This document shows positions 43,821 to 54,641 of a DNA stretch of 64,000 nt, piece by piece (position 1 is the stretch's first letter; each line of letters opens with the position of its first letter). Under the pieces are notes generated by a model. It ran no database searches. It saw nothing but the letters and a program-made list of their open reading frames with translations, and was not told the origin of the DNA. The position numbers were made by a program, and so were the translations under genes. Source of the stretch: Candidatus Eiseniibacteriota bacterium (GTDB lineage Bacteria; Eisenbacteria; RBG-16-71-46); NCBI GenBank assembly GCA_963717505.1, contig OY970342.1, positions 320,001-384,000 of the forward strand, written 5' to 3'.

Positions 43821-44476
43821 CCCACGCCGACCAACGCGTGAAACGCCAGGTTCTGGAAGCTACTGAAGCCGTTCGCCACCGGGACGCGCACGTGGGCGCC
43901 GGTGACGCGTAGCTCGACCGTGCCGAACCACGAGTCTCTCACCGGCATCCGGTAGCCGCCGACCGCCTCGATCGCGGGTCCGGTGAGCACGTAGCCGCCG
44001 GCGCCCTGATCACCGGTGAGCGGAACCCCGGCGACCTGGTTCTCGGGATGGGCGATCACCACGCCAATGCCGGTCGCGGCGTGCCAGCGCTGGCTCACGA
44101 ACATGTGACTCAGGAACAGCAGATTGCAGCCGTGCGAGACCTCATAGTGCTCGACCCCGGGCGGCGGATTGCCCAAGTGGACTTTGTGGTGGATGAAGTC
44201 GAGCGCCCAGGCGCGGGTCGAGTCCCCGCGTGCAATGCGCGCCGCGTAGTAGAGCGGCATCTCGAAGCCACGGGTCTGCCATTCTGCCGAGATTTCCATC
44301 ATCGGCGCGCCTTCGCGGTCGATGGTGAGGGTGGTGGGAAAGCTGCCGGCATTGCCGACCCACGTTTCGGCGATCCACGCCGCGCGGCCGACCTTGGGAA
44401 CCAGCAGAGCCCCCAACATCAGCACCGCGGCCAAGCCGACGTGCGTGCGCCCGCACGCGATTGACGCCCTTTCCAC
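43802..44476 (-). CDS. Hypothetical exported beta-barrel-like protein
   Basis: Signal-like segment, PLYY..R, HHK, SHG.N, HPEN, terminal GVGW. Confidence 0.6.
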   Translation of the reverse strand: MERASIACGRTHVGLAAVLMLGALLVPKVGRAAWIAETWVGNAGSFPTTLTIDREGAPMMEISAEWQTRGFEMPLYYAARIARGDSTRAWALDFIHHKVHLGNPPPGVEHYEVSHGCNLLFLSHMFVSQRWHAATGIGVVIAHPENQVAGVPLTGDQGAGGYVLTGPAIEAVGGYRMPVRDSWFGTVELRVTGAHVRVPVANGFSSFQNLAFHALVGVGWRSAP

Positions 44477-44496
44477 GCGATCACTATCCTCGCTCC

Positions 44497-45735
44497 ATGT
44501 CCCTGGCTCAAATCGAGAGTTTCGCGCGCGGTCGGCGCGTGTCCGTGACTTGCAAGGTAGGCGGCGTGCCCGTAGGCGGCGGCCACCCCGTTGTGGTCCA
44601 GTCGATGACCAACACCGACACGGCCGATGCGGCCGCGACCGCCGCCCAGGTCCGGCTCCTGGCCGACGCCGGGTCCGAGATCGTACGCATCACGGTCAAC
44701 ACGCGGGCCGCGGCGCAGGCCGTGCCCGAGATCGCGCGGCGGCTGCGAGACCAGGGCGTGAGCGCCCCGCTGGTCGGCGACTTCCACTACAACGGCCACA
44801 CGCTGCTCACTGAGTTCCCCGACTGCGCCCGCGACCTCGACAAGTACCGAATCAACCCCGGCAACGTCGGCGTCGGCGAGCAGCACGACGACAACTTTCG
44901 CCGCATGATCGAAGTCGCAGTCGCGCACGGCAAACCAGTGCGGATCGGCGTCAATTGGGGCTCGCTCGACCGAGCGCTGCTGACGCGAATGATGGACGAG
45001 AACGCGCGCCGGCCGCAGCCGCTCGCCGACCGCGAGGTGGTGCTCGACGCCATGCGAGAGAGCGCGCTCGCCTCGGCCGAGCTGGCCGAGCGCTTCGGAC
45101 AACCGCACGATCGGATCGTGCTCTCGGCCAAGGTCAGCGACGTCCGCGACCTGGTCCAGGTCTATAGGAAGATCGCGGCCGCCTGCGACCACCCGCTACA
45201 TCTGGGGCTCACCGAAGCCGGGCTTGGCGCCAAAGGCATCGTCGCAACCACCGCTGCCCTCTCCGTCCTGCTGTTCGAGGGCATCGGCGACACCATTCGC
45301 ACCAGCTTGACTCCTGCGCCGGGCGGCGACCGCGCCGAGGAAGTGCGCATCTGCCAGCAGATCTTGCAATCGCTCGGCCTCAGGCATTTCTCCCCGCAAG
45401 TCACGTCGTGCCCGGGGTGCGGCCGCACCACGAGCACGTTCTTCCAGGAGCTGGCGGCCGACGTCACCGCACACATCCAGGAGCGATTGGCCTCGTGGCG
45501 CACGCGCCACCCGGGTGTCGAGGAGCTGCGGGTCGCCGTCATGGGCTGCGTGGTCAACGGCCCGGGCGAGAGCAAGCATGCCGACATCGGCATCTCATTG
45601 CCGGGAAGCGGCGAGGAACCGCGCGCCCCGGTATACGTCGACGGCAAGCTGGTGACCACGCTCAAGGGTGAGACCATCGCGCGTGATTTCGCCAGGCTAC
45701 TCGACGAGTACGTTGAGAAACGCTATGCGCGTTGA
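44497..45735 (+). CDS. ispG: (E)-4-hydroxy-3-methylbut-2-enyl-diphosphate synthase
   Basis: [49 protein letters not shown]. Confidence 0.95.
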   Translation: MSLAQIESFARGRRVSVTCKVGGVPVGGGHPVVVQSMTNTDTADAAATAAQVRLLADAGSEIVRITVNTRAAAQAVPEIARRLRDQGVSAPLVGDFHYNGHTLLTEFPDCARDLDKYRINPGNVGVGEQHDDNFRRMIEVAVAHGKPVRIGVNWGSLDRALLTRMMDENARRPQPLADREVVLDAMRESALASAELAERFGQPHDRIVLSAKVSDVRDLVQVYRKIAAACDHPLHLGLTEAGLGAKGIVATTAALSVLLFEGIGDTIRTSLTPAPGGDRAEEVRICQQILQSLGLRHFSPQVTSCPGCGRTTSTFFQELAADVTAHIQERLASWRTRHPGVEELRVAVMGCVVNGPGESKHADIGISLPGSGEEPRAPVYVDGKLVTTLKGETIARDFARLLDEYVEKRYAR

Positions 45736-45774
45736 GAAACGCTATGCGCGCTGAAAAACGCTACGCGCGTTGAG
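45711..45774. repeat. 19-bp tandem repeat (3.3 copies) at the convergent ispG / YkuD-MurC junction
   Basis: CGTTGAGAAACGCTATGCG twice, then CGCTGAAAAACGCTACGCG, then CGTTGAG. Confidence 0.85.
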
Positions 45775-47764
45775 GGTGCCGGGCGCCGATCGCCCGGAGA
45801 ACGCCGCGAGCCAGGTCGGTGAGCGAGGGGTCGCGCGCACCCATGATCAGCACCAGGTCGCCGGCGCGCGCCACCGCGGCGATCCGCTCGACCAGCCACT
45901 CGCGCGAGGGCGCGAACTCGGCCAGGCGACCTCGAGCGGCGATCTCAGCGACCAGGTCGGCCGACGACAGGTCGCGCTGCGCCGTGCCGCCGGCGTAGTA
46001 GATCTCGAGCAGCCACAACAGGTCGTCGGCCCGGAGCGCATTGGCGAAGCTGGTGACCAGGTCGGGCCGCAGGAAGCGCGTCGGACCGAACCCGTGCGGC
46101 TGGTAGATCGCGAGCACGCGCTGCGAGCGCGCCCGCGCGGTGGCGATCGCGGCCTCGATCTTGGCCGGGTTGTGCGCGAAGTCGTCGACCACTTCGACGC
46201 CGCCCGCGGCGCCGATCGTCTCGAAACGCCGGCCGACGCCGCGAAACCCGGCGAGCGGCTCGACCATCGCACCGATGGGAACCCCCACGGAACGGCAGGC
46301 GGCGATCGCGGCGAGCGCGTTCTCGACGTTGTGCCGGCCGGGCACCGGCAACGTGAACGGAACTCCCGAAACCACGAAGCGACTGCCGTCGGGGTTCAGC
46401 AGGACCGTGTCACCGCGCAAGTCGGCCGAGGGCTTGTATCCAAACATCACGACGTTCGCCGGGAGCTCGACGGCATTGCGGCTCGCCAGGAACTCGAGAT
46501 TGGCCTCGGCGCCGAGCACCAGGGTCTCGCGCACCTGGCCACCGAACATCTCGAACATGCCGGCGACCTCGTCCATCGCCTTGTGATCCTTCTGCAGATT
46601 GAGGACGACTCCGACCGCCGGGTGGTAACGGATGACCGAGCCGTCGCTCTCGTCGGCCTCGACCACCAGCAGGTTCGAGCTACCGTGCCACGCGTTGCCC
46701 ATCAGGTCCTGAGCCTGCAGGCTCGAGAGTTCCGCGCCGGTGATCACCGAAGGATCGCGCCCCGCTCCGCGCAGGATGTCGAAGATCATCGCGACCACCG
46801 TCGACTTGCCGCTGGTGCCGGTGACCGCGATCGTCCGGTGCGAGTGGACGAAGTGCGCGAGCAGCTCCGAGCGATGGATGATCGGCAGGTCGAGCTTGCG
46901 CGCGGCGGCGACGTCGGGCACCGACTCCTCGACCGCGGTCGAGACCACGAGTGCCGCGCAGTCGGCGGTGACCCCGCTCCCATCCTGGCGCGCGATGCCG
47001 ATGCCGAGTTGCGCGAGCTGGCCGCGCTCGCGCGGGCGCTCGCCTCGGTCGAAGGCGCGATCGCTGCCGCTGACCCGCCCGCCGAGCATGGCCTGGAACT
47101 GGGCGAGTGCCGTCATGCCGCTGCCGCCCAGGCCGGCGTAGTGGAAGTGGCTGGTGCGCGGATCGGGAATCGACGTCGCGGCCGGACCCGGGGCCAGTAC
47201 TACGGAATCGACCACCACCACCAGGTCGCCCTCCGCCACGCGCTCGAACAGCTCGGTCACGTCGCGGTTCGCCATCCGCACACATCCGTGCGACTCCGGC
47301 TGGCCGAGCCGCGTCTCGTGGTTCGTGCCGTGGATGTAGATGTAGCGCTCGATCGAATCGACGCTGGCGCCACGGTTGATCCCGTCCTCGAGGCCGTCGA
47401 GCGTCAGGATGCGGGTCAGGATCAGGTCTCCGGCCTCGACTTCGCCCTGCCACACTCGGGCGACCGGCTCGCGGCTTTCGAACGCTCGCCCAGAGGGCTC
47501 GCGGCCCCCGATCCTGCGCGCGATCCGGTGCCAACCGGGAGGCGTGCGATTCGAGCCTTCGGCCCCGCCGATGCCGGCGGCCGCGGTCGACACCGGGTAC
47601 TCGGCCACGGTTACGCCCCGCTCGATCACCGCCAGGCGTTGCAGCGCCACGTCGACCATCAGCACGCGCTCGGCCGCGCGCGCGGCGGCCGGCGCCAATG
47701 GCCGCGCCCGAGCAGCCGCCAGGAGCGCCACATCGCGATCACGGACCGTCGGGGCGGGGGTCAT
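45761..47764 (-). CDS. Fusion of an L,D-transpeptidase (YkuD) domain to a MurC/Mpl-like Mur ligase
   Basis: N-terminal TPPG.H, YIYIHGT...SHGCVRM; then GLGGSGM, SGSD, VTGTSGKST, EADESD, GRHNVEN, GVGRRFE, DDFAHNP, YQPH. Confidence 0.85.
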   Translation of the reverse strand: MTPAPTVRDRDVALLAAARARPLAPAAARAAERVLMVDVALQRLAVIERGVTVAEYPVSTAAAGIGGAEGSNRTPPGWHRIARRIGGREPSGRAFESREPVARVWQGEVEAGDLILTRILTLDGLEDGINRGASVDSIERYIYIHGTNHETRLGQPESHGCVRMANRDVTELFERVAEGDLVVVVDSVVLAPGPAATSIPDPRTSHFHYAGLGGSGMTALAQFQAMLGGRVSGSDRAFDRGERPRERGQLAQLGIGIARQDGSGVTADCAALVVSTAVEESVPDVAAARKLDLPIIHRSELLAHFVHSHRTIAVTGTSGKSTVVAMIFDILRGAGRDPSVITGAELSSLQAQDLMGNAWHGSSNLLVVEADESDGSVIRYHPAVGVVLNLQKDHKAMDEVAGMFEMFGGQVRETLVLGAEANLEFLASRNAVELPANVVMFGYKPSADLRGDTVLLNPDGSRFVVSGVPFTLPVPGRHNVENALAAIAACRSVGVPIGAMVEPLAGFRGVGRRFETIGAAGGVEVVDDFAHNPAKIEAAIATARARSQRVLAIYQPHGFGPTRFLRPDLVTSFANALRADDLLWLLEIYYAGGTAQRDLSSADLVAEIAARGRLAEFAPSREWLVERIAAVARAGDLVLIMGARDPSLTDLARGVLRAIGARHPQRA

Positions 47765-47863
47765 CCGGCGGACTCTGCCACAGGCGCAGGAAACGATCGA
47801 GGCCGGGCATGCGGGTCGCCCGGCCCCGATCGACATCACCCGCTCACGCGGGCTGACTGCAAA

Positions 47864-49117
47864 CTACGGCGCCAATACGATCCGCTTGCGGGCAATCTCG
47901 CCGTTGGCGCGCAGCACCGCGAAGTACATCCCGGCCGGCAGACGACCCGGACGGAAGCTCACGTTGTGCTCGCCGGCCGCGAACTCGCCGTCGACCACGG
48001 TGGCCACGCGCTGACCGGTGACGCTGAAGACTTCCAGCGACACCTCGCCGCCGGTCGGCAGGCTGATCGCGAAGTTGGTCTCGCTCGCGAACGGGTTGGG
48101 GCCGACGCGCATCGCCAGGCCGCCACCGACCGAAACCGAGGCCCGATCGTTTTCGAGGAAGCCACCGCGCTGGGCCACCGCGGCGTTCAGCAGGCTCGGA
48201 CGATAGGTCGGCACCATCGCGTCCATGCGCGCGTCCTGGCCGGCAGTGAATTGCGTGTAGCAGGCGTCGTTCGAGTAGTCCATGTAGTTGTGGATCGGAT
48301 CCAGCCCGCCGCCGGCGCAGGTGTCCTTGTTGTTGGGGCAGCCGGAGGTCGGCGTCGCTTCGGCCGGCGTGTCGGCGACGAAGTCACCGTTGCCGCTGCA
48401 CCCGCCCTGGAACGTGTGATAGAGCCCGAGGTAGTGGCCGACTTCATGATCGGCCGTACCGCCCAGGTTGTAGGGCGCGAGGTAGCCGCCCGGCACCGAG
48501 CCGTAGTGGATCACGACGCCGTGCATCTTGTTGGATTCCGGGAATGAATTCGGGAAGTACGCCCAGCCCAGGAGATTTTGACCCGGCTTGCACGAGTAGA
48601 TGTTGAGGCGGTGCGCCGGATCAATTGCCAGCGCGTTCTTCATCTGGGTTTCTCTGTTGGTCTGCGGGGTGACGCCGAACCACTGGCGATTGTTGGTGCG
48701 GTCGGTCGAGGCCAGCACGAAGGTGTAGCCGGTGTTCACGCCCCCGTAGAAGCCGCTGTACGCCTTGTTGAGTTCGGCGATGGACGCGGCGATCTGTGAA
48801 TCCGGGATGTTGCCGGTGCTACCGCTGTAGATCACGTGCCAGGCGACCTTGATCTGCCCGCCGACCGCGAGGGTTTCGAGGTCGCGCCCCATCGACTTGA
48901 GCTGAGCCTGGAGCTGCGCCTGCACCGCTTCCATCTCGCCCTGGCTGAGATCGGATGTGCCGCAGACGCGGCCATCGAGTGGGTAGAACTCCTCGGGGAG
49001 CATCTTCGCCGCGCCGAAGCCGCCCGTGGTACCCGGAGTTTGGGTTTGGGCGGATGCGAGGCTGGTGACGAGGAACAGCGCGAACAGTCCTGCCGGGAGA
49101 ACGCGAAGCAAACGCAT
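47864..49117 (-). CDS. Secreted M43 (pappalysin/ulilysin-like) zinc metalloprotease with FlgD/T9SS-like C-terminal domain
   Basis: Cys-switch RVCGT, HEVGHYLGLYHTF, NYMDY; C-terminal PNPF...GMYF. Confidence 0.9.
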   Translation of the reverse strand: MRLLRVLPAGLFALFLVTSLASAQTQTPGTTGGFGAAKMLPEEFYPLDGRVCGTSDLSQGEMEAVQAQLQAQLKSMGRDLETLAVGGQIKVAWHVIYSGSTGNIPDSQIAASIAELNKAYSGFYGGVNTGYTFVLASTDRTNNRQWFGVTPQTNRETQMKNALAIDPAHRLNIYSCKPGQNLLGWAYFPNSFPESNKMHGVVIHYGSVPGGYLAPYNLGGTADHEVGHYLGLYHTFQGGCSGNGDFVADTPAEATPTSGCPNNKDTCAGGGLDPIHNYMDYSNDACYTQFTAGQDARMDAMVPTYRPSLLNAAVAQRGGFLENDRASVSVGGGLAMRVGPNPFASETNFAISLPTGGEVSLEVFSVTGQRVATVVDGEFAAGEHNVSFRPGRLPAGMYFAVLRANGEIARKRIVLAP

Positions 49118-49242
49118 GCACCCTCCGACAATTTCCGACGACCCTCGCGATCCGGGGCAGGGGTCGTTCCCTGGGGGGCCGATCGCGAGCGCGGGCATGC
49201 TGACAAAGACCGGACGTTCGCGCCAGTGATTTCTCGACGTTC

Positions 49243-49821
49243 CTAACGGACCCAGGCTGGTCGGTCGCTCGAGGGGAATGCCTTACGCCGAAAGACCATC
49301 AAATTGTTGAGCCCGAGCTGAAAACGTTGCCAACGCTCGAGCGCGAAGCCTTGCGCGCGAAATCCATGGGGAAGGTCTGCGGGATCGAGACCGTGGTGCT
49401 CTTCGAGCGACATGCCGGTCGCGATCCCGAGCTTCAACAGGACCGCGAGGATCTTGTCCACCTCGGGGCTCGGAACCGTGAGCACGACTCGGCCTTCCGG
49501 GGCGAGTACTCGCCAGCACGCCGCCACCAGGCCGCGCCAATCGGGAACGTGCTCGATCACCGCCAGCATGCTGACCACATCGAACGACCCATCGGGGAAA
49601 CTATGGCTACCGGGGAACGTGCCGCGGATCAGCCGATAACGCGGGGTGGCGCGGGGTTCTGCCAGAGGGTCGATCCCGACGCTCGGCCCGATCCGATCCC
49701 CCAGGCCCTCCAGGAACTCGCCTTGGTGGCAGCCGACGTCGAGCAATCGTGCACCCATGGGCACCCACGGCCTGGCCTTGGCGGCCCGCCAACCCTGGAG
49801 CCACACGTCCACCCGGCGCAT
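49243..49821 (-). CDS. Class I SAM-dependent methyltransferase
   Basis: LLDVGCHQG, FDVVSMLAVIEHV, FQLGLNN. Confidence 0.8.
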   Translation of the reverse strand: MRRVDVWLQGWRAAKARPWVPMGARLLDVGCHQGEFLEGLGDRIGPSVGIDPLAEPRATPRYRLIRGTFPGSHSFPDGSFDVVSMLAVIEHVPDWRGLVAACWRVLAPEGRVVLTVPSPEVDKILAVLLKLGIATGMSLEEHHGLDPADLPHGFRAQGFALERWQRFQLGLNNLMVFRRKAFPSSDRPAWVR

Positions 49822-49886
49822 TCGGCCTCCATCGCTTCTTGCAACTAACCGCTGTGAGCCCGGTTCGGCTACTCTCTTTGCGCAAT

Positions 49887-50741
49887 ATGGCATGGACCCC
49901 AGGACATGTGGCCCTTCGCCTCTGCGTGCTCTTCCTGTGGCTCCTCACCCTCCCTGCGGCCGCCAGGGCGCATGGGCCCCTCAGCGCTCGCATTGATGCG
50001 GTTTCGCGGCAGATTTCATCCAACCCGAACGACGCCAGCCTCTACGTCGAACGCGCCGAATTGTACAGGCGCGAGGCGCGGCCCGATCGGGCGGCTCGGG
50101 ATCTGGACCGTGCCGAGGCTTTGGATCCGGGCTCGTCTCAGGTCCGGGTCTGCCGCGCCCAACTAGCCCTCGACGCGGGCCAGGCGGTCGAGGCCCGCGG
50201 CCTGCTCAGTTCGGTGCTGGCCGAAGAACCCGACCTGGGCCCCGCCCTCCTGCTCCGGTCCCAGGCTTTGGCGGCCCTGGGACTGGCCTCGGAAGCCGTT
50301 GTCGATCTGGATCGGCTGGTTGTGAGCAAAGCCAAGCCGGCGCCCGAGTGGTGCGTCGCACGGGCCAACCTGCTGATCGAGCTCGGCGAGTCCCATTGGG
50401 ATCGCGCCCTGGACGGGCTCGATCAGGCCATCGCCCGCCTGGGGCAGGTCCCTGCCCTGACCGAGATCGCCATCGACCTCGAGATCCGCCGTGGCCGCTA
50501 CGACTCGGCCCTGGCGAGGATCGACCGGGTACTGGCGTCATCGGCCGACCGACCGACCTTGTCCGCGCTCCGGGGTGACGTACTCAGCCGTGCGGGCCGG
50601 CCGCTCGAAGCCTGGGTGGCCTGGAGCGAAGCCCTGAGTCAGCTCGAGAGCATGCCGATGGGACGGCGCCACGCTCCGGCGGTCCTGGCACTCGAGTCGC
50701 GCCTCAGGGCCTCGCTTTCGGCGTCGGGGTCGATGCGATGA
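49887..50741 (+). CDS. Exported tetratricopeptide repeat protein
   Basis: Signal peptide ending ARA-HG, repeated TPR-like helices, ATGA overlap with the next gene. Confidence 0.75.
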   Translation: MAWTPGHVALRLCVLFLWLLTLPAAARAHGPLSARIDAVSRQISSNPNDASLYVERAELYRREARPDRAARDLDRAEALDPGSSQVRVCRAQLALDAGQAVEARGLLSSVLAEEPDLGPALLLRSQALAALGLASEAVVDLDRLVVSKAKPAPEWCVARANLLIELGESHWDRALDGLDQAIARLGQVPALTEIAIDLEIRRGRYDSALARIDRVLASSADRPTLSALRGDVLSRAGRPLEAWVAWSEALSQLESMPMGRRHAPAVLALESRLRASLSASGSMR

Positions 50742-52861
50742 TTCGACACCGCACCTGGGGCGCTCTCGGCTTCGCCTTGGTCGTGGCACTGGTCGCCGCA
50801 GAAGCCCATGCACAGGTGGCCGTCATCTCCCGCAACGACACGTGGAAGTGGTTCGCCGGCCCGGCCGAGCCCGACCCGGACTGGGAGACCACGAGCTACT
50901 CGGACTCCGCCTGGGCTGCCGGTCCGGGCATCCTCGGTTTCGGCGAAACCTACGTGGCTACGGTAATCCCCTACGGGCCGAGCGCCGGCAACAAGTGGAT
51001 CACGACCTATTTCCGGCGCACGTTCACGATTTCCCAGACGCCGTCGAGCCTCAACGCGTTCAATCTCGCGGTGAACTACGACGACGGGTTCGTGATGTAT
51101 TTGAACGGCGTCGAGATCCTGCGGCGTTTCATGCGACCGGGCCCGGTGGCCTGGGACACGCTCGCGATGTCGCACGAGGGCGGCGTGTACGAGCCATACA
51201 ATCTGGCGGCGTTCATTCCGCTGCTGGTCCAGGGCGAGAACGTGATCGCGGTCGAAGTGCATCAGTCGACCAATGGGAGCAGCGACCTGGTGTGGGACGC
51301 CGAACTCACGCAATCGCGGCCGGTCTACGTGACCCGCGGTCCCTATGTTCAGATGGGCAGCCACGATGGCATGACGCTGCGCTGGCGCACCAGCGACCCG
51401 GCCACGAGTCAGGTGCGAATCGGAGAACCCGGCGGATTCCTGACGTCTGCCGGCCGGGATTCCACCCTGCGCACCGAACACGAGATGCGCGTGACCGGAC
51501 TCGGCCCCCGGACCTCGTACGGCTACTCCGTGGGCACGCTCGACAGCACGCTGGCGGGCGACGATTCTCTCCATGTGTTCACCACCCATCCGATCCCGGG
51601 GACACCGACCCCGACGCGCATCTGGGCGATCGGAGACTCGGGACATCCCAATGCCGATCAGGCGGCGACCCGCGACTCCTACCTCGCGTGGACGGGGAAC
51701 CGCGGCACCGACGTCTGGCTGATGCTCGGCGACAACGCGTATTCGAGCGGCACCGACTTCCAGTACCAGACCGCGGTGTTCGATCGGTTCCAGCCCCTGT
51801 TGCGTACGGTTCCCCTGTGGCCGACCCGCGGCAACCACGACCGGACGATCGCCGCCCCCGAAATCGACATGTACGACATCTTCACGCTGCCGGACTCCGG
51901 ACAATCGGGGGGCGTTCCGTCGGGCAGCGAGCGCTATTTCTCGTTCGACTACGGCGACGTTCACTTCATCTGCCTGGATTCTGAAGGCTCGAGCCGTTTG
52001 CCCGGCAGTGCGATGCACGCATGGTTGCGCGAGGACCTGGCGAGCACCGAACGTATGTGGGTGATCGCGTACTGGCATCACCCGCCCTACAGCAAGGGCA
52101 GCCATGACTCGGACGACGACCTGGACAGCGGCGGCCGCATGGGTGACATGCGGCGTTACACGCTGCCGATCCTCGACTCGACCGGAGTCGACCTCGTGCT
52201 CACCGGCCACAGCCACGCCTACGAACGCTCGTTCCTGATCAACGGCCACTACGACGTGTCGTCGACTCTGGCGCCGGAGATGATCGTCGATGGCGGCCGA
52301 GGGCGCGCCGACGTCGACAGCGCCTACCGCAAGCCGACCCTGGGGACGGGGGCGTTCGAGGGCGCGGTCTACGTGGTCGCCGGCAGTGCCGCCACCACCG
52401 CGGGCGGCTCGCTCGACCATCCGGTCATGGTCGAGTCCTGGAACCTCCACGGCTCGCTGGTGATCGATGTCCTCGGCGCGCGGCTGGACGCCCGCTTCCT
52501 GACCAACACCGGCGTGATGCGTGACAGCTTCACGATCCTCAAAGGACCGCGCACCGTTGCGGTTTCCGAGTCGCCGGTGACCTCGCCGCTGGCACTGCGG
52601 CTGATCGGCGCCAACCCGGTCGCGGGCGAGGCGCGCTTCCGTCTCGGCCTCCCGGCTGCCGGCCCGGCGCGACTCGAGATCCTCGACGTCGCGGGACGCC
52701 TGGTCGCGACCCCGGCCCAGGGCGAATTCAAAGCCGGAGAACACTCCATCCGCTGGAATGGCCGGGACCGCCGCGGCAAGCCCGTGCCTTCGGGCGTCTA
52801 CTTCGCGGTCCTCGAGCGCTCCGGCGAGCACCGGGCCGTAAGGGTCGTCCTCGCGAGGTGA
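50738..52861 (+). CDS. Secreted purple-acid-phosphatase-like metallophosphoesterase with FlgD/T9SS-like domain
   Basis: RGPYVQ, IGDSG, LGDNAY, GNHD, HHPPYS, GHSHAYERS; C-terminal WNGRDRRG..VPSGVYF. Confidence 0.9.
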   Translation: MIRHRTWGALGFALVVALVAAEAHAQVAVISRNDTWKWFAGPAEPDPDWETTSYSDSAWAAGPGILGFGETYVATVIPYGPSAGNKWITTYFRRTFTISQTPSSLNAFNLAVNYDDGFVMYLNGVEILRRFMRPGPVAWDTLAMSHEGGVYEPYNLAAFIPLLVQGENVIAVEVHQSTNGSSDLVWDAELTQSRPVYVTRGPYVQMGSHDGMTLRWRTSDPATSQVRIGEPGGFLTSAGRDSTLRTEHEMRVTGLGPRTSYGYSVGTLDSTLAGDDSLHVFTTHPIPGTPTPTRIWAIGDSGHPNADQAATRDSYLAWTGNRGTDVWLMLGDNAYSSGTDFQYQTAVFDRFQPLLRTVPLWPTRGNHDRTIAAPEIDMYDIFTLPDSGQSGGVPSGSERYFSFDYGDVHFICLDSEGSSRLPGSAMHAWLREDLASTERMWVIAYWHHPPYSKGSHDSDDDLDSGGRMGDMRRYTLPILDSTGVDLVLTGHSHAYERSFLINGHYDVSSTLAPEMIVDGGRGRADVDSAYRKPTLGTGAFEGAVYVVAGSAATTAGGSLDHPVMVESWNLHGSLVIDVLGARLDARFLTNTGVMRDSFTILKGPRTVAVSESPVTSPLALRLIGANPVAGEARFRLGLPAAGPARLEILDVAGRLVATPAQGEFKAGEHSIRWNGRDRRGKPVPSGVYFAVLERSGEHRAVRVVLAR

Positions 52862-54597
52862 ACTCCCGCACCCGATGGGTGTATCCCGTGACGGCCGGGA
52901 TCGCAGGGGTGGCCGGCATCGTCCAGGCGCTTCGATTCTCGTGGATCACCGACGACGCCTGGATCTCGTTCCGCTACGCCGAGAATCTCGTGCAGGGCCG
53001 CGGCCTCGTGTTCAACGCCGGCGAGCGCGTCGAGGGCTACTCGAACTTCCTCTGGACGCTCTGGATCGCGCTCGGCACCGCACTCGGGGTCGCCCCCGAC
53101 GCCTGGGCGACGTTCTGGAGCATCGCGTGTTTCGCGGCGACGCTGGCGCTGCTCGGCGCGTTTGCCGCGCGCGGTTCGGGCGGGCGCGGCCCGACGCCGA
53201 TCCCGCTCGCGGCGTTGCTGCTCGCGTGCCATCGCGACGCGGCTATCTTCGCGACCAGTGGACTCGAGACCGCGTGGTTCACGTTGCTCGCGGTCGCCGG
53301 CTACGGCGTCTTGTTCGACGCGCCCGGGCATCCGCGGCGCCTGGCGCTCGCCGGGTTCCTGTTTGCGCTGGTCTCGTGCTCGCGTCCGGACGGCGTGGTG
53401 TTTGCGGCCGCCGCCGGGGTTTGGGTGTTGTGGTCGTCGCAGCGGCGCGTGCGCGACGCGCTGGCCTTTGGCGCGCCCCTGGTCGCCGTGCTCGCGCCCT
53501 ACGCCGCGTGGAAGCTCGCGTACTACGGCGACCTGTTCCCGAACACCTTCTACGCCAAGTCGGCGCACCGTCCGTGGTACGAGCAGGGGATTCACTACGC
53601 GCGCCTCTACTTCACCAAGTACTGGGTGCTGCTGCTCGGACCGGTCGGGCTGATCCCGGCGTGGCGGTCCGCTACACCCAGCGACGACGCGATCGACGAT
53701 GCGCGCTGGCGTCGCGAAACCGGCCTGGCCGCAACTCTGGGAATCGCCTACACGGGGTACGTGGTCCACGTTGGCGGCGACTTCATGTTCGCGCGACTCC
53801 TGATTCCAGCCACGCCGTTCCTGTTGATCGTGCTCGAGCGCGTCTTCGTACGGCTGGCGCCACGGGCGGCGCTTACCCGCTGGGCGGTGGCCGGCGCCGT
53901 CACCCTGGCCCTGGCCCTGACGCCCTACCCGTTCACCGGCCAGGGCTGGGTGCACGGCATCACCAACGAGTGGGAGTTCTATTCCCCGGGCGAACGCGAG
54001 CGTGCCCGAGCCTTTGGCGAGCGGCTACGCGTCCTGTTCGACGGACTGCCGGTGCGCATGGCGTTCTGCGGCGGCCAGGCGGTGCTCGCCTACCACTCGC
54101 GCTCCCCGTTGGCGATCGAGACCGCGACCGGGCTCACCGACTCGACCATCGCGCACCAGCCGCTGGCCGGGCGCGGGCGTGTCGGGCACGAGAAGAAGAC
54201 TCCGATCCCGTATCTGATTTCCCGGAAGACCCACTTCTGGATGTACTCGGGCTCGTTGCTGTCGGATTCGCTCGCGCCCTACATCCCGCTGGTGCCGATT
54301 CGGCTCGACACGCTGACGGTCATGGCGATCACCTGGGACCCGCCGGTGATGGCGGCGCTGCGCGAACGCGGCGCCCAGGTTCCGGACTTCCTGGCCTCCC
54401 TCGACGAGTTCATTGCGCTGCTACCCTCGCTATCCGACGACGAGGTGCGGCTCGCGTACCAGAAGTCGCGCCGCTTCTACTTCGATCACGTCGACGATCC
54501 GGCGCGCGAATCGGCGTTTCGGCGTCGACTGGGACTTGGGGCCTCAGGGCCCGACTCCGGGCCGGCGCCTGAAAAGCCTCCCGTGCCGGGCCGATAA
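52858..54597 (+). CDS. Polytopic GT-C type glycosyltransferase (AftB-like)
   Basis: DDAWISFRYAENL..G.GLVFN.GERVEGYSN, SGLET, RPDG, PNTFYAK, GGDFM..R. Confidence 0.78.
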   Translation: MNSRTRWVYPVTAGIAGVAGIVQALRFSWITDDAWISFRYAENLVQGRGLVFNAGERVEGYSNFLWTLWIALGTALGVAPDAWATFWSIACFAATLALLGAFAARGSGGRGPTPIPLAALLLACHRDAAIFATSGLETAWFTLLAVAGYGVLFDAPGHPRRLALAGFLFALVSCSRPDGVVFAAAAGVWVLWSSQRRVRDALAFGAPLVAVLAPYAAWKLAYYGDLFPNTFYAKSAHRPWYEQGIHYARLYFTKYWVLLLGPVGLIPAWRSATPSDDAIDDARWRRETGLAATLGIAYTGYVVHVGGDFMFARLLIPATPFLLIVLERVFVRLAPRAALTRWAVAGAVTLALALTPYPFTGQGWVHGITNEWEFYSPGERERARAFGERLRVLFDGLPVRMAFCGGQAVLAYHSRSPLAIETATGLTDSTIAHQPLAGRGRVGHEKKTPIPYLISRKTHFWMYSGSLLSDSLAPYIPLVPIRLDTLTVMAITWDPPVMAALRERGAQVPDFLASLDEFIALLPSLSDDEVRLAYQKSRRFYFDHVDDPARESAFRRRLGLGASGPDSGPAPEKPPVPGR

Positions 54598-54641
54598 CGG
54601 CTCATGGTGAAGACCCGCGTGCGGCCGCTATTCTTGAACGC

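Noticed and set aside
45711-45774. Short direct repeats as a mini-CRISPR
   Set aside because: The copies are contiguous with no spacers.
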